This document shows, piece by piece, positions 8,286 to 17,454 of a stretch of DNA of 64,000 nt; within the stretch, counting starts at the first letter, position 1, and each line of letters begins with the position of its first letter. Below the pieces are notes generated by a model. The model made no database searches. It was not told where the DNA came from and saw only the letters and a program-made list of their open reading frames with translations. A program made the translations under genes and the position numbers. The stretch lies in the IMG/VR virus record IMGVR_UViG_3300037247_000961, positions 1 through 64,000 of that record. The stretch is one strand, 5' to 3'. Source of the stretch: a virus.

Positions 8286-8494
8286 GACGGCTCCCCCAAT
8301 GCTGCTCGCGTATTCCATGCCTTGGCAGCGCCTTCCTTTTCCTCGTGATGATGAGTTCTGGCATTCATTGGACAGTCATCAAATCGTCGCTCACACTCAA
8401 AACGATGGGCCTTGGGTAAGCTCTCATCCCATTCAAACTTCAGCGTGTGAACGGCTTTACCACCGCAGAATGGACAGGGCTTCAGATCAGTCAT
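8282..8494 (-). CDS. Lar-like restriction-alleviation family zinc-ribbon protein
   Basis: LKPCPFCGG...C...C...AAKAWNTRA signature. Confidence 0.75.
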   Translation of the reverse strand: MTDLKPCPFCGGKAVHTLKFEWDESLPKAHRFECERRFDDCPMNARTHHHEEKEGAAKAWNTRAALGEPS

Positions 8495-8823
8495 GACAGC
8501 TCCCCTGGTGGTGGGGTTAGGTCAAACCATTCGCTAAACATGAAGGCCACGCCAGCCTCTTTGTGTTCCTGCTTGGGCTCGAAACTGCCGAGACAAGCCT
8601 TGATTGCTCGCATAGTTTTGATCTGGTCAACGCCTTCTTTGGGAGTTAGGCCGAAGTCGGATAGCCGCCCACCTTGAAAGAACAGCTTTGAGACGATTCT
8701 GTTGAACGGCGTTCCGTTAAGGTGCTTGAACTCCTCCGGAATATCATCCCACGCAGGCAAAGGAGGATGCGCCGGAAACGCCATATCGACATCGGTAACT
8801 TCGGGAATTGGTAGTTTGCTCAT
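8491..8823 (-). CDS. Conserved-looking phage hypothetical protein (SFEPKQEHKEAGVAF)
   Basis: GAGGA RBS; ATGA overlap. Confidence 0.65.
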   Translation of the reverse strand: MSKLPIPEVTDVDMAFPAHPPLPAWDDIPEEFKHLNGTPFNRIVSKLFFQGGRLSDFGLTPKEGVDQIKTMRAIKACLGSFEPKQEHKEAGVAFMFSEWFDLTPPPGELS

Positions 8824-9106
8824 ATCCTCACCTCGTCAGCGGCAGCGGCGGGCGGTTCAAACATGTTGTTCTGATAGACTGCAAAGAGCCCGATCCATCG
8901 TGTCCAGCCGGTCGCTCAGGCTTTCAAGCGCCCGTGATAATTCCTGCCCCCCATCTGACAGCGGGGGTTGCGCCCGCATGATGTAATGCCGCAGCACGTC
9001 GAAAGAATCGTTCGGTTGAATTGCCATTCCATCTCCTCCTCGGGGGCGTGTCAGTTGATTCTCCAAAACTGCTCCAAACTCTCAAAGCCCAGCAGGTAGG
9101 CGGCGG

Positions 9107-9319
9107 TCATGACGTTTCTTTCTTCCGCCACGTATCCGGATAGGCTCGCAAACAGATGCGCTCTGTTTTCTCCAAGTTCCACGATAAGGCGACGGCTAAA
9201 TAACACTTGATATCATCTGGTCCCCAGCGAGAGAGTGCGAACACCCCCACGCCCCAGACCATCAGGAGGCAAACCGCAACTCTCATAGGCCATTTGTTCT
9301 TTCGTTCGGCCACGGTCAT
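9107..9319 (-). CDS. Small membrane-anchored protein
   Basis: One TM segment; linker-coupled start. Confidence 0.55.
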   Translation of the reverse strand: MTVAERKNKWPMRVAVCLLMVWGVGVFALSRWGPDDIKCYLAVALSWNLEKTERICLRAYPDTWRKKETS

Positions 9320-9573
9320 GACGGCTCCCCCAGAGCCACCAGCCCCGCTTTCGTAATACAGTACCCAGCCCCAGCCATATCACCGTCCTCTGTGCAAAGA
9401 CCCCGGAAATATTCCGCCAGGCCCTTTCGAGCAAGCGCCCTCACATGACGCCGAACAGTTTTGCGGTCATAGCCCGTGTAATCCTGTATCGGCCGGAACG
9501 GAGAGCATCGCTCACCATCGGGGTAAGTCAATGTTTCCAGGGCTCCCAGACATATTTGCTGACCTTCAATCAT
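9316..9573 (-). CDS. Winged-helix-like protein
   Basis: IQDYTGYDRKTVRRHVRALARKGLAE...GYCITKAG. Confidence 0.6.
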   Translation of the reverse strand: MIEGQQICLGALETLTYPDGERCSPFRPIQDYTGYDRKTVRRHVRALARKGLAEYFRGLCTEDGDMAGAGYCITKAGLVALGEPS

Positions 9574-9965
9574 TTCTTTCTCCGGTATAGGTTGGCGCTG
9601 GCTCAATAGCACGCACGCCAAAGACAAGGGCTGACGTTAATAGGGCAGAGACGAACATCAGCAAAAGCAGCTTGAGCAAAAATAATTTCATGCGGTTTCT
9701 CCCTCGTTTATGACGCTTCAATTTTTGGTGGCTCGACCGCCACATATGGCAGCCCTTTTTCGGCAGCCTCTCTGTCCCAATCCCGGTACATCGCCAGATA
9801 GCCAGCCATCGCCGGAATCGAACCGAAGCGGTCATTGACGAAGCCGAACGACAGCCAAATTTTCTCGGCGCGCACGAGAGGCACGTCATCGGCTCGATAT
9901 ATGATGGACGGACGCGGCTCGGGCGCCGGTTTTACATCGGCTTTCTTCCGTTTAAACCACATGGC

Positions 9966-10187
9966 TCATTCCCTCCTGTTTTAAGCATGAATAATTAAGG
10001 CTTATGCAGATCGCAGATATTGCCGGCCAACACTTCAAACGGCGGATTGACCGCCTTGCATTCGCCTTCACCAGTAGCGACGGGCGCTTCATGGAAGTGG
10101 CAACACGTTTGGCAACATACTGCCCACCGAAAATTAGTCTGACTGCTTTTGGTCATCATTCCCTCCTGTTTTAAGCATGAATAATTA
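9966..10187. repeat. Perfect 32-bp direct repeat (9966-9997 / 10156-10187) carrying RBS and start codon
   Basis: TCATTCCCTCCTGTTTTAAGCATGAATAATTA occurs twice. Confidence 0.95.
9995..10159 (-). CDS. 54-aa Cys-rich peptide (CCQTCCHF...C...CDLH)
   Basis: Translated by hand; AGGAGG RBS; lies between the 32-bp repeats. Confidence 0.6.
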   Translation of the reverse strand: MMTKSSQTNFRWAVCCQTCCHFHEAPVATGEGECKAVNPPFEVLAGNICDLHKP

Positions 10188-10212
10188 TAAATGAGTTAAT
10201 GTCCAAATGCAA
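10184..10212 (-). promoter_or_regulatory. sigma70-like promoter TTGCAT-N17-TATAAT
   Basis: Perfect -10 with 17-nt spacer. Confidence 0.65.
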
Positions 10213-10220
10213 CGATTAAT

Positions 10221-10393
10221 GTAATAGGAGGACAGTGAACAATTGCCTCGGGATCGAACCGGGACACCTCCGGCAGGTCGTCTGTCTTGGCCCTTCCGAT
10301 TATAGCGACTCCCCTGCCCTTACCAGGATCATAGCCGTCAACCTTGGGGCTGCACTTCCCAGGTGCCAAGTTTGCTCACTGTCCTCCTATTGC
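10221..10393 (-). ncRNA. Putative ~173-nt structured RNA: 22-bp terminal stem, D-like hairpin and T-loop
   Basis: 10221-10242 / 10372-10393 inverted repeat (16-bp perfect core); GCAC-CTGGGAA-GTGC; CGG-TTCGATC-CCG; no credible ORF here. Confidence 0.55.
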
Positions 10394-10562
10394 GTTGGCG
10401 TTGACGTAAACGCCCAGGAGCTTGCGCAATGGTCCGGCTGCCCAAGGGCACCGCATGTATAGCTGCAATAAGCATTGTCCGAATGTGGCATAAGGCTCAC
10501 GAACCACTTACGACAGTTTGCGCATTCACGGCGCCGGGCAGCAAAGGCCAAAATGATTGCAC

Positions 10563-10970
10563 TCATGCGTAGGGTTCTCCCTCTTCATCAACAGTCGGCA
10601 CTGTGCGCCACTCCGAATCCCCGGTGCCTGCGCGCTCCCACTTCTGTTGCAAAACATGATTGTGGCGTTTAAGTTGCCGACGCAACTCCATCGTAGGCAC
10701 CCACACATCCTCCGCGGCAAGCAGCTTCGCCGCTTCGACGTCCGTGGCCCAGCACTGCCCACCTTGCCACGCCTCGCATGTGCCGGTTGGATTAAATTTG
10801 AGCCACTCCCATGCGTCGTGGCACGTCATGATCCATTCCCATCCCATGCCCTCCAGCAAGTCAATGACGGGCTGGCTCAGTCCACGGAGTTTCTTCGACC
10901 TTGACCATTCCTTGCCCTCGCGCAGCGTTATAGCCCGGGCGGGGGTCAATTGGTGTTCACTCATCTTCAT
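10563..10970 (-). CDS. Hypothetical protein
   Basis: GAGGAG RBS; Trp-rich 135-aa ORF. Confidence 0.6.
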   Translation of the reverse strand: MKMSEHQLTPARAITLREGKEWSRSKKLRGLSQPVIDLLEGMGWEWIMTCHDAWEWLKFNPTGTCEAWQGGQCWATDVEAAKLLAAEDVWVPTMELRRQLKRHNHVLQQKWERAGTGDSEWRTVPTVDEEGEPYA

Positions 10971-11503
10971 ACTCCTCGCGCATGCGCTTGTTGTTCGCTA
11001 CAGCCCCATCCCAGGGCCATGCGGGCGATATAAGGGGCATCCAGCCATTTGGAAGCCCCCGACAAACGGTCTAATGTCACCCTCCAGGCACCACGAGGAT
11101 CGTATTACCTGACAATGGTAACACAGCCATCGATGGAACCTTATTCGCCATGGACCGTATCTGGAGTGCGCCTTTGCGGCCGTAGTCCGAGTCAAACTTG
11201 ATATCGACGTATGTATCCACATCAAAGTAAAACCGCACCACGGCGCTATTGCGAATAGCGTCAGCGTCGTGTTGCGTAGCAAATTGATGATCCGCTGCAT
11301 CGATATAGCCACGCTCATCAATTATAATGGTCCGTTTCATGCTTTGGTTCCTCCTCCACAATCCTCGGCCCGTAGCCGGCTGAACAGGATCAGGTCGACC
11401 TCATCCAGGTCCATTGTAGAGATGCGCGTGTCCGTATAGCCCAGGGCGCGCAATGCCCCAATGTCGCGCGGTGAAATCTTCACCCGGTCAGATACGGCAC
11501 TGG

Positions 11504-12673
11504 TCATAACACCAATCCCAGTTTAATGTCCTTGACCATGATGCAGCCTTCTTCCTTGGCGGGTTCGGTCTTGGTTATGATGCCATAATGCTGATGCGCT
11601 TCGAGGACTGCCATGTTGAAGAGAATGGCCTTGTGACGAATGCTCTTCGCGATTTCGAAGTAGTCCACGTCGACCTTCGCCGTCGGCTTCTCCCAGTCCT
11701 CCTTGACGTACGCGCCATCGCGGACCATGGACTCTTTTATCCGGCGCTCTTTACCCGAATATCCACCGCCGGGCAGGTCATCTTCGGTCCAGTCAACATA
11801 CTTCAGGAACGCCTCGCGAATCTCTGAGTACAGAAATTCACATCCCACCTCGTCCAGTTGGGCAAAGAAGGCCTTGCTTTCCTCGGGTTCGTCGAAGAAG
11901 AACTCAACCATGTCATCGATAAGCTTCTGGACCTTGTCGATCATGGTACAGTGATCATACCAGAGTCCGGCCTCATTCCAGTCGTCGGCATTCATTCGGT
12001 CGGCGCCGATCACATAGGCCTTCGGCTCTTTATCCAACGGCCCCGGCTCCCCGCGGGCATCGGCTGCCCCTTGCAGTTCCTCCAGGCTTGGAGTGTAATC
12101 GGTCTCCGGCTCTTCCACGGGTATGTCCTCGCCGTAGTTTTCCCGATCAACAACTGTGCCTTCGGGCGTTGGATCACTCAGCTCCCTCTCACGCCGCCGG
12201 CACTGATCTCCGATCTCGGAACAGGTCAGACTATCGAGATGCGGAACGATCAACTGAGCAGCGTCCCATAAGCCACATTGACCGTTCTCATCCGACTCAT
12301 TGCCCTCGGTCACGGTTTCGATCATCATATCGACCGCGGCGCATACCTTGGCCTCCCATTGGGCCTGCAGTGTTTCGGCCTCGCACTGTCGGTCGTACGT
12401 ACGTCCACCTGGCCGGCCCACGCGTTCCTCGGTATCATACTCGGGCAACACTTCCGGGTACATGCGGTCTAGTTCGTCCAGGCGAACCAGACATAAACCG
12501 CCGAGGCTCCCCGCTGTTTTGGAGTCCATTTGCTCCACGAGCGTTTTTGCGATGTTGAGCAGTACCTGTTGCTCGGCGTCCTTCATGGCATCGATGGTGC
12601 GGTCAAATTCCTCATCGCCCATAATGTTCATGAAGACATCCGTTTCGACCTTGTCGGGATTGCTTGGTAACAT
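11504..12673 (-). CDS. Highly acidic hypothetical protein (389 aa)
   Basis: GAGGAG RBS; Asp/Glu-rich; no family recognised. Confidence 0.75.
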   Translation of the reverse strand: MLPSNPDKVETDVFMNIMGDEEFDRTIDAMKDAEQQVLLNIAKTLVEQMDSKTAGSLGGLCLVRLDELDRMYPEVLPEYDTEERVGRPGGRTYDRQCEAETLQAQWEAKVCAAVDMMIETVTEGNESDENGQCGLWDAAQLIVPHLDSLTCSEIGDQCRRRERELSDPTPEGTVVDRENYGEDIPVEEPETDYTPSLEELQGAADARGEPGPLDKEPKAYVIGADRMNADDWNEAGLWYDHCTMIDKVQKLIDDMVEFFFDEPEESKAFFAQLDEVGCEFLYSEIREAFLKYVDWTEDDLPGGGYSGKERRIKESMVRDGAYVKEDWEKPTAKVDVDYFEIAKSIRHKAILFNMAVLEAHQHYGIITKTEPAKEEGCIMVKDIKLGLVL

Positions 12674-12703
12674 CGTCGTCTCCTCAATTGATCGGGTTGC
12701 TTA

Positions 12704-13090
12704 CTAGAACGGCCCAAGGACCGTAGTCAACTTGCCCTTCAGCGTGGCGGCGTTGAACGGTTTGACAATGTAGTTGCTGACACCGGCCTCTTTGGCCGCA
12801 AGCACGTTCTCGCTTCGGCTTTCAGGCACAATCATGATGAAGGGAGTTTCCTTGAGCCCAGCGGCGGCGCGTACTTCCTTGAGGAATTGGAGGCCGCTCA
12901 TCGGCTCCATGTTCCAATCGGAAATGACCAAGCCATAGGGCTTGTCGCGCAGCTTCTGGAGCGCCACACTGCCGTTGGTGGTTTCATCCACATTGTTGAA
13001 GTCAAGCTGCCAGAGCAAGTTCCGGATGATCCTGAGCATGGTCTTGTAATCGTCCACGATCAGAATCGGCGTACACTTCACATCGTTCAT
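12704..13090 (-). CDS. cheY: CheY-like single-domain response regulator (conserved Thr-Ala replaced by Val-Pro)
   Basis: ILIVDD, ISDWNMEPMSG, NYIVKPF motifs typical of alphaproteobacterial CheY. Confidence 0.9.
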   Translation of the reverse strand: MNDVKCTPILIVDDYKTMLRIIRNLLWQLDFNNVDETTNGSVALQKLRDKPYGLVISDWNMEPMSGLQFLKEVRAAAGLKETPFIMIVPESRSENVLAAKEAGVSNYIVKPFNAATLKGKLTTVLGPF

Positions 13091-13117
13091 TGGATTCCCT
13101 CCTTTATCGAACCATTA

Positions 13118-13146
13118 ATTATCCCACAAATGACAAGAGGCGTCAA
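13118..13146 (-). promoter_or_regulatory. sigma70-like promoter TTGACG-N17-GATAAT driving cheY
   Basis: Directly upstream of the AAGGAGG RBS of cheY. Confidence 0.65.
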
Positions 13147-13713
13147 GCCTTAACTTGAAATTTAGCCTCCAAAGCCTTCGCCTGTAGGTACCTCAACGCT
13201 TGATATAGGGTATGGTATGTGCTCGCTTTCATAACCACGGTGCGAGCAACGAATTCGGTGTCTATTCCATGGGGCTCTCTCTCCGGATGGTTAGTATTCC
13301 AGGCAATGCCTTCTGTGATCTCGGCATCATCGATCAGTAGAACCGCCAGCCGATGCGCCAAATCGCGCTTTGTATATGCCGACACTTCCCCATGAGTCGT
13401 CCGCATCATGTGCGGTGAGGTTAGGGTAGTTTTGACACTGGCCTCACGGCAATTAGCCAAAGCCCTAAGGCACTCCTCGATAATCAGCATGTTCGCTTTC
13501 ATCCTGCATCCTCCAGCCTGAGGAAGAACCATTCCTCCCCATCGAAAAAATGAACTTCGTCCGTACGGGCAATTAGTTTTTCGATTACGCTCCAATCCTT
13601 GACCTCATCGTAGCGCAGGGCAATGCTCATTGCACCTTGCATCAAACGCGCTAATCGATGCTTAACATTGTAGCCTACATGAGGCCCCAACGCTAATGCC
13701 AATTGACGACCAG

Positions 13714-13932
13714 TCATGCTTTTCTCCATACCCAGAAGGCACGTATGTTTAGGATTGCAGCGCCAAAGTTTGTTGCCACTACCCCGTAAGCCTCGATGGA
13801 CCAGCCAAACAGTCCCATCAAGACGGCTCCGATTCCGAGTAAAACAGGTGCCCAGAGGGATTTTCGTTCCATTAGGAACAGTCCTGCTAAGATGCCTGCC
13901 GCTCCCGCCCATTGAAGAAGGAAATCGATCAT
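13714..13932 (-). CDS. Small multi-pass membrane protein (half PnuC/SemiSWEET-like topology)
   Basis: Three hydrophobic segments from MIDFLLQW. Confidence 0.5.
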   Translation of the reverse strand: MIDFLLQWAGAAGILAGLFLMERKSLWAPVLLGIGAVLMGLFGWSIEAYGVVATNFGAAILNIRAFWVWRKA

Positions 13933-14393
13933 GGTTGCACATTTGAAAACTTGGTGTTGCCACTGAGCGCCGCTGCTGCATTGATCTTTGCCTCGGCTAC
14001 GTCTAACTGCTCCAGTAGCCATACAACTAGATCCGCATGGTCCGGCCACGTAAGGTCGCGGCCCGTAGCGGCTTGCCACCTTTTGATAGCGCGCATGTCG
14101 GCTGCCCAACGCATGTCGAAGATTGCTTCGATCTCCACCACACTCTCTCGCAACTCCTCAATCTCTTCAGTCATCATAATCCTCCGGGCCTGCCGGATAC
14201 ACGGTTTCAGCCTTCCCGTCCCATCCCGATACCAATGGAAAGCCTCGCCACTCCCTATGGCCATCGGGTATTGGCGACGTCGGCCGACGCACGGCCGGAT
14301 CGCCGGGCTGGCACTCGACATACATCTGTTCGAAGCGTGTGCCCTTACGGCCTACGTTGGCACGGATTCGCGTCGTTGGAACCATGATGTTCA

Positions 14394-14900
14394 TTAGGGA
14401 CCACCTCTAAAGTATGTGGAAGGCGCAGCTTGCGGAGGCTTAGGTGGCCGCGCCCGCTCGGGCGGAGGATTAACAAACTCCGGCGACTTTGGACTCCATA
14501 AATCAAAGATAAACCGCATCCTAAATTTTCCCTTGCGGCCCTTACGCTCTGATTCCTTCCGTTTCTCTTGCATCTTTTCAGCTTGCTTATCTGACCACGG
14601 TAAGGAAATTGCACGAGGCTGTCCCGGCCCGGCATCGATATAGAGATATATCGCTTCGCCTCGCACCAACTTGAACGATAAGACCACCACGTCGCCGTCC
14701 AAGCGTACCGCTGCCCAATGCGGTCGGTGCCAGCCGAGCGTCTCTAGCGATGCCGGGCCGAGCGCGCCAAGGATGACAATGAATCCAAGGACCGCCAAGC
14801 CCCGGACTCGTGTCTCCCGTCGCGACCAAATAGTTGCCCACGTATACAGCGCAAACAGTACTGCAACGCCGCAGAAAATGAGAAAGGCCTGTCCCATCAT
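14394..14900 (-). CDS. Membrane protein (2 N-terminal TM, Pro-rich tail); third gene of MotA/ExbB-like unit
   Basis: TM segments, EAIYLY...PRAISLPW motif; overlaps upstream gene. Confidence 0.75.
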   Translation of the reverse strand: MMGQAFLIFCGVAVLFALYTWATIWSRRETRVRGLAVLGFIVILGALGPASLETLGWHRPHWAAVRLDGDVVVLSFKLVRGEAIYLYIDAGPGQPRAISLPWSDKQAEKMQEKRKESERKGRKGKFRMRFIFDLWSPKSPEFVNPPPERARPPKPPQAAPSTYFRGGP

Positions 14901-15484
14901 AGATCGTCTCTTACCCCACTTGTATCACGTAATGATTCAAACAAATGACTCATAGATCCAGGAACAAGTTTGCCTTTCCGGTCCAGTTCAAATCGAACCA
15001 TGGTGATTTCTTCTTTCGATGCAACCAGTTCGGCCTCAGTATAGGTAATCGTCGTCATTGCTCCATTGGGCTTGACCTTAACCGTGACTTCCAATTTGAC
15101 CAGGACCGGTAAGTACCCGCCGCACTTGTAGCAGTGGACATTGATGATGTATTCACCGGCCGGCACCCCTCGGGTATAGGCGTTTTCATAATTGATGCCA
15201 GACAAATCCGATCCAGTGCCAGTATCATCGCGCAACAAATTCCAAAGTTGACCACTCTTGTTTGAATAGCCTACCGGCACAATTTCCTCCGGTCCCCATA
15301 ACCAAAGGTCAACGTCGATATTGCCGTTCGGCCATACAATGTGGACGATGACATTGCCAGGCGGATTGGATTGATCTTCCATTGCAGGAGGGTTGAGATG
15401 CGGAAGCATCCACACTACAAAGACAAAGAACGCCATGACCAAAAGCAACGTGAAATCACGCCATGTTGTGCCACCTGCGTTCAT
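14897..15484 (-). CDS. Single-TM partner of the MotA/ExbB-like protein with periplasmic beta domain (DVDLW...DDTG...NYE)
   Basis: Asp at the start of the TM (WRDFTLLL), as in MotB/ExbD/TolR; YfaP/DUF2135-like motifs. Confidence 0.7.
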   Translation of the reverse strand: MNAGGTTWRDFTLLLVMAFFVFVVWMLPHLNPPAMEDQSNPPGNVIVHIVWPNGNIDVDLWLWGPEEIVPVGYSNKSGQLWNLLRDDTGTGSDLSGINYENAYTRGVPAGEYIINVHCYKCGGYLPVLVKLEVTVKVKPNGAMTTITYTEAELVASKEEITMVRFELDRKGKLVPGSMSHLFESLRDTSGVRDDL

Positions 15485-16023
15485 GGGGTATCAACACAGT
15501 CCGCAATCATGCACGCCATGGCCGTGCGTAATATACGCTGATTGATCTCGTTCCACATGCTAAAGACTGCACCGACAATGGTTGTATTCAGCGCCACACG
15601 CATTCCATCCATCAATGGCCCAATGGCGTCGGAGACTCCGCGGGCACTGCCAAGGCTCACTTCATTAACGCCGGACAATGCATAACTGAATCCGATAATT
15701 GTTCCAAGCAACCCGAGCCCCACAAGCCAGCCGCTTACGTCCCGGAGCCACGCCACTTTGGCCCAAGCCTTATCGACGGCCCCTGGCGGCATGTGCCATC
15801 CTCCCTCTTTCTTGATGCGATTTAACTCGTATCCCCCGCGGAGTATGCGACGAAAAGTAGTCGCCCAACATGCGACGAACAACAAGGCAATGATTGACGT
15901 GATGTAAGTAAAATCGTTCCCGTAGAGCGGTTGAATCCAGCCATGGTCGAATGCCATGACGCCGGCCAGCACTGCAAGTAAATTGACAAGTAGGAAACGG
16001 TAAATGAGTAAATTGTTAAGCAT
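15481..16023 (-). CDS. MotA/TolQ/ExbB proton-channel family protein
   Basis: LGLLGTIIG and GMRVALNTTIVG motifs. Confidence 0.85.
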   Translation of the reverse strand: MLNNLLIYRFLLVNLLAVLAGVMAFDHGWIQPLYGNDFTYITSIIALLFVACWATTFRRILRGGYELNRIKKEGGWHMPPGAVDKAWAKVAWLRDVSGWLVGLGLLGTIIGFSYALSGVNEVSLGSARGVSDAIGPLMDGMRVALNTTIVGAVFSMWNEINQRILRTAMACMIADCVDTP

Positions 16024-16896
16024 GGCTGGTCACTTCAATCAAAAGCATCTTGGCGGCAATATGGCTCGGAGGCTTACGACCTTGGTTGCGAGGCTGACGC
16101 ACCCATCGCAATGCCCGATTGGCGGCGCGTATGATATCCTCGCGGCGCAGATAGCCTTGAGCATTGCCCTCATCGGTTTTCAGTTGCAGCTTGTGAGTCT
16201 GGTTTGCCATGCTAGTCCTTCGGCTCCATGTCGACACGTTTGACTTCAAAAGGCCACGGCCCTTTAGATGGGTCTGAATCATCCAGGGAATATGTGTATT
16301 CGCCCCGCGCCGTCATAACCGTCAAAGGGTCGTCATCATGGGACGCTTCCTCGGAGCAGTGCCCGAGCAGCTTGTGCCACGTCCACCCCTTCGCCTTGTG
16401 GGCCACAGTCACGTAAGGCTTGTCAGCTATCGGTACATCAAAGGCCTTATGTAAATCGCGCACCATGTCCAGTGTATTGGTCACTTCTTCTCCCTCCAAA
16501 TAAGCACTAATGAAAGCAGGATCACGAACGGCCACAAAAAGAAAACAAGAAGGTTGGCCAGTTTGCCCATCGGCTGCAACCGCCATCTTCCTTTCGTCCA
16601 TCTTATACCCTCAATAAATGCAAGGCCGATGGCAAAGTAGCCTAAAATGATCCAATGAATTTCATTAAGCACTATCATCGTCCTTGTGTTTACGTTCTCG
16701 TGGGTGCTTTTTAGTTTTGTCCTGCGTTCGTTTCGGTCTGAACCGGGCGTCGGCTAGGGATGCCGCCACCCGGTTCTTAAGGTTGATCTTGACCGGCGAT
16801 GTTGGATTAAGTGAGGATCTGTTCGATGGTCCGCATTGCGCACCTCCTTGGTTTTTGGTCATCGGAATCATTTCCATTCATCTTATCAATGATAGA

Positions 16897-17454
16897 CTAA
16901 TGAGACGCAGAAGGCAACCTTAATTTTGCCATTTGACAACGGATGATGGCCTCAGCATTACCGACCGGTAAAAAGCGCCGCAGGTCGGAAGGTATCTTTC
17001 GGTTCTCCAGCCGGATTGCATCTTTGACCGGCATGCCACAAAAGTCGATACGGTCATTGATACGTTCGGCTAAAGTCAAAACCATCTGCTCGCCAACGTC
17101 GTAGCAGCCTTCATTCTCTCGAATGTTCGGCCACGGGCGCTCATGTAATGGCGGCAAATCAACGGAGAAGCCTTCAGGATTACAGATATCAGCCTCTATC
17201 TCAATTGGCCCAAAGCGATTGGACTTGACACCTTGGCCATTGCCGCTGCGAAAATCTGGGAAGCGCAGCCCTCGAATAATGTCATTGATGGAGCATTCAT
17301 TGATTCCATCAGGATCTGCCATAAATGCAAATTCACATCCATCCTGGACATACACATACGGCCCCAATTCACTCAGGACGCGAGCATCACCAGCATCCTG
17401 CGTTTCCAGGCGGACACCTTCCGTGTCCCGAGAGATTTGAACAATGGCACTCAT
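16897..17454 (-). CDS. Hypothetical protein
   Basis: GGAGG RBS; 185-aa ORF. Confidence 0.65.
   Translation of the reverse strand: MSAIVQISRDTEGVRLETQDAGDARVLSELGPYVYVQDGCEFAFMADPDGINECSINDIIRGLRFPDFRSGNGQGVKSNRFGPIEIEADICNPEGFSVDLPPLHERPWPNIRENEGCYDVGEQMVLTLAERINDRIDFCGMPVKDAIRLENRKIPSDLRRFLPVGNAEAIIRCQMAKLRLPSASH

Noticed and set aside
6507-10187. CRISPR-like array from the repeated 16-bp and 32-bp motifs
   Set aside because: Spacing is irregular, the intervening sequences are whole genes, and no cas genes are present.
14394-16023. Zorya defence system or true flagellar stator
   Set aside because: No long ZorA tail, no OmpA-like peptidoglycan-binding domain in the partner, and no ZorC/D/E genes.
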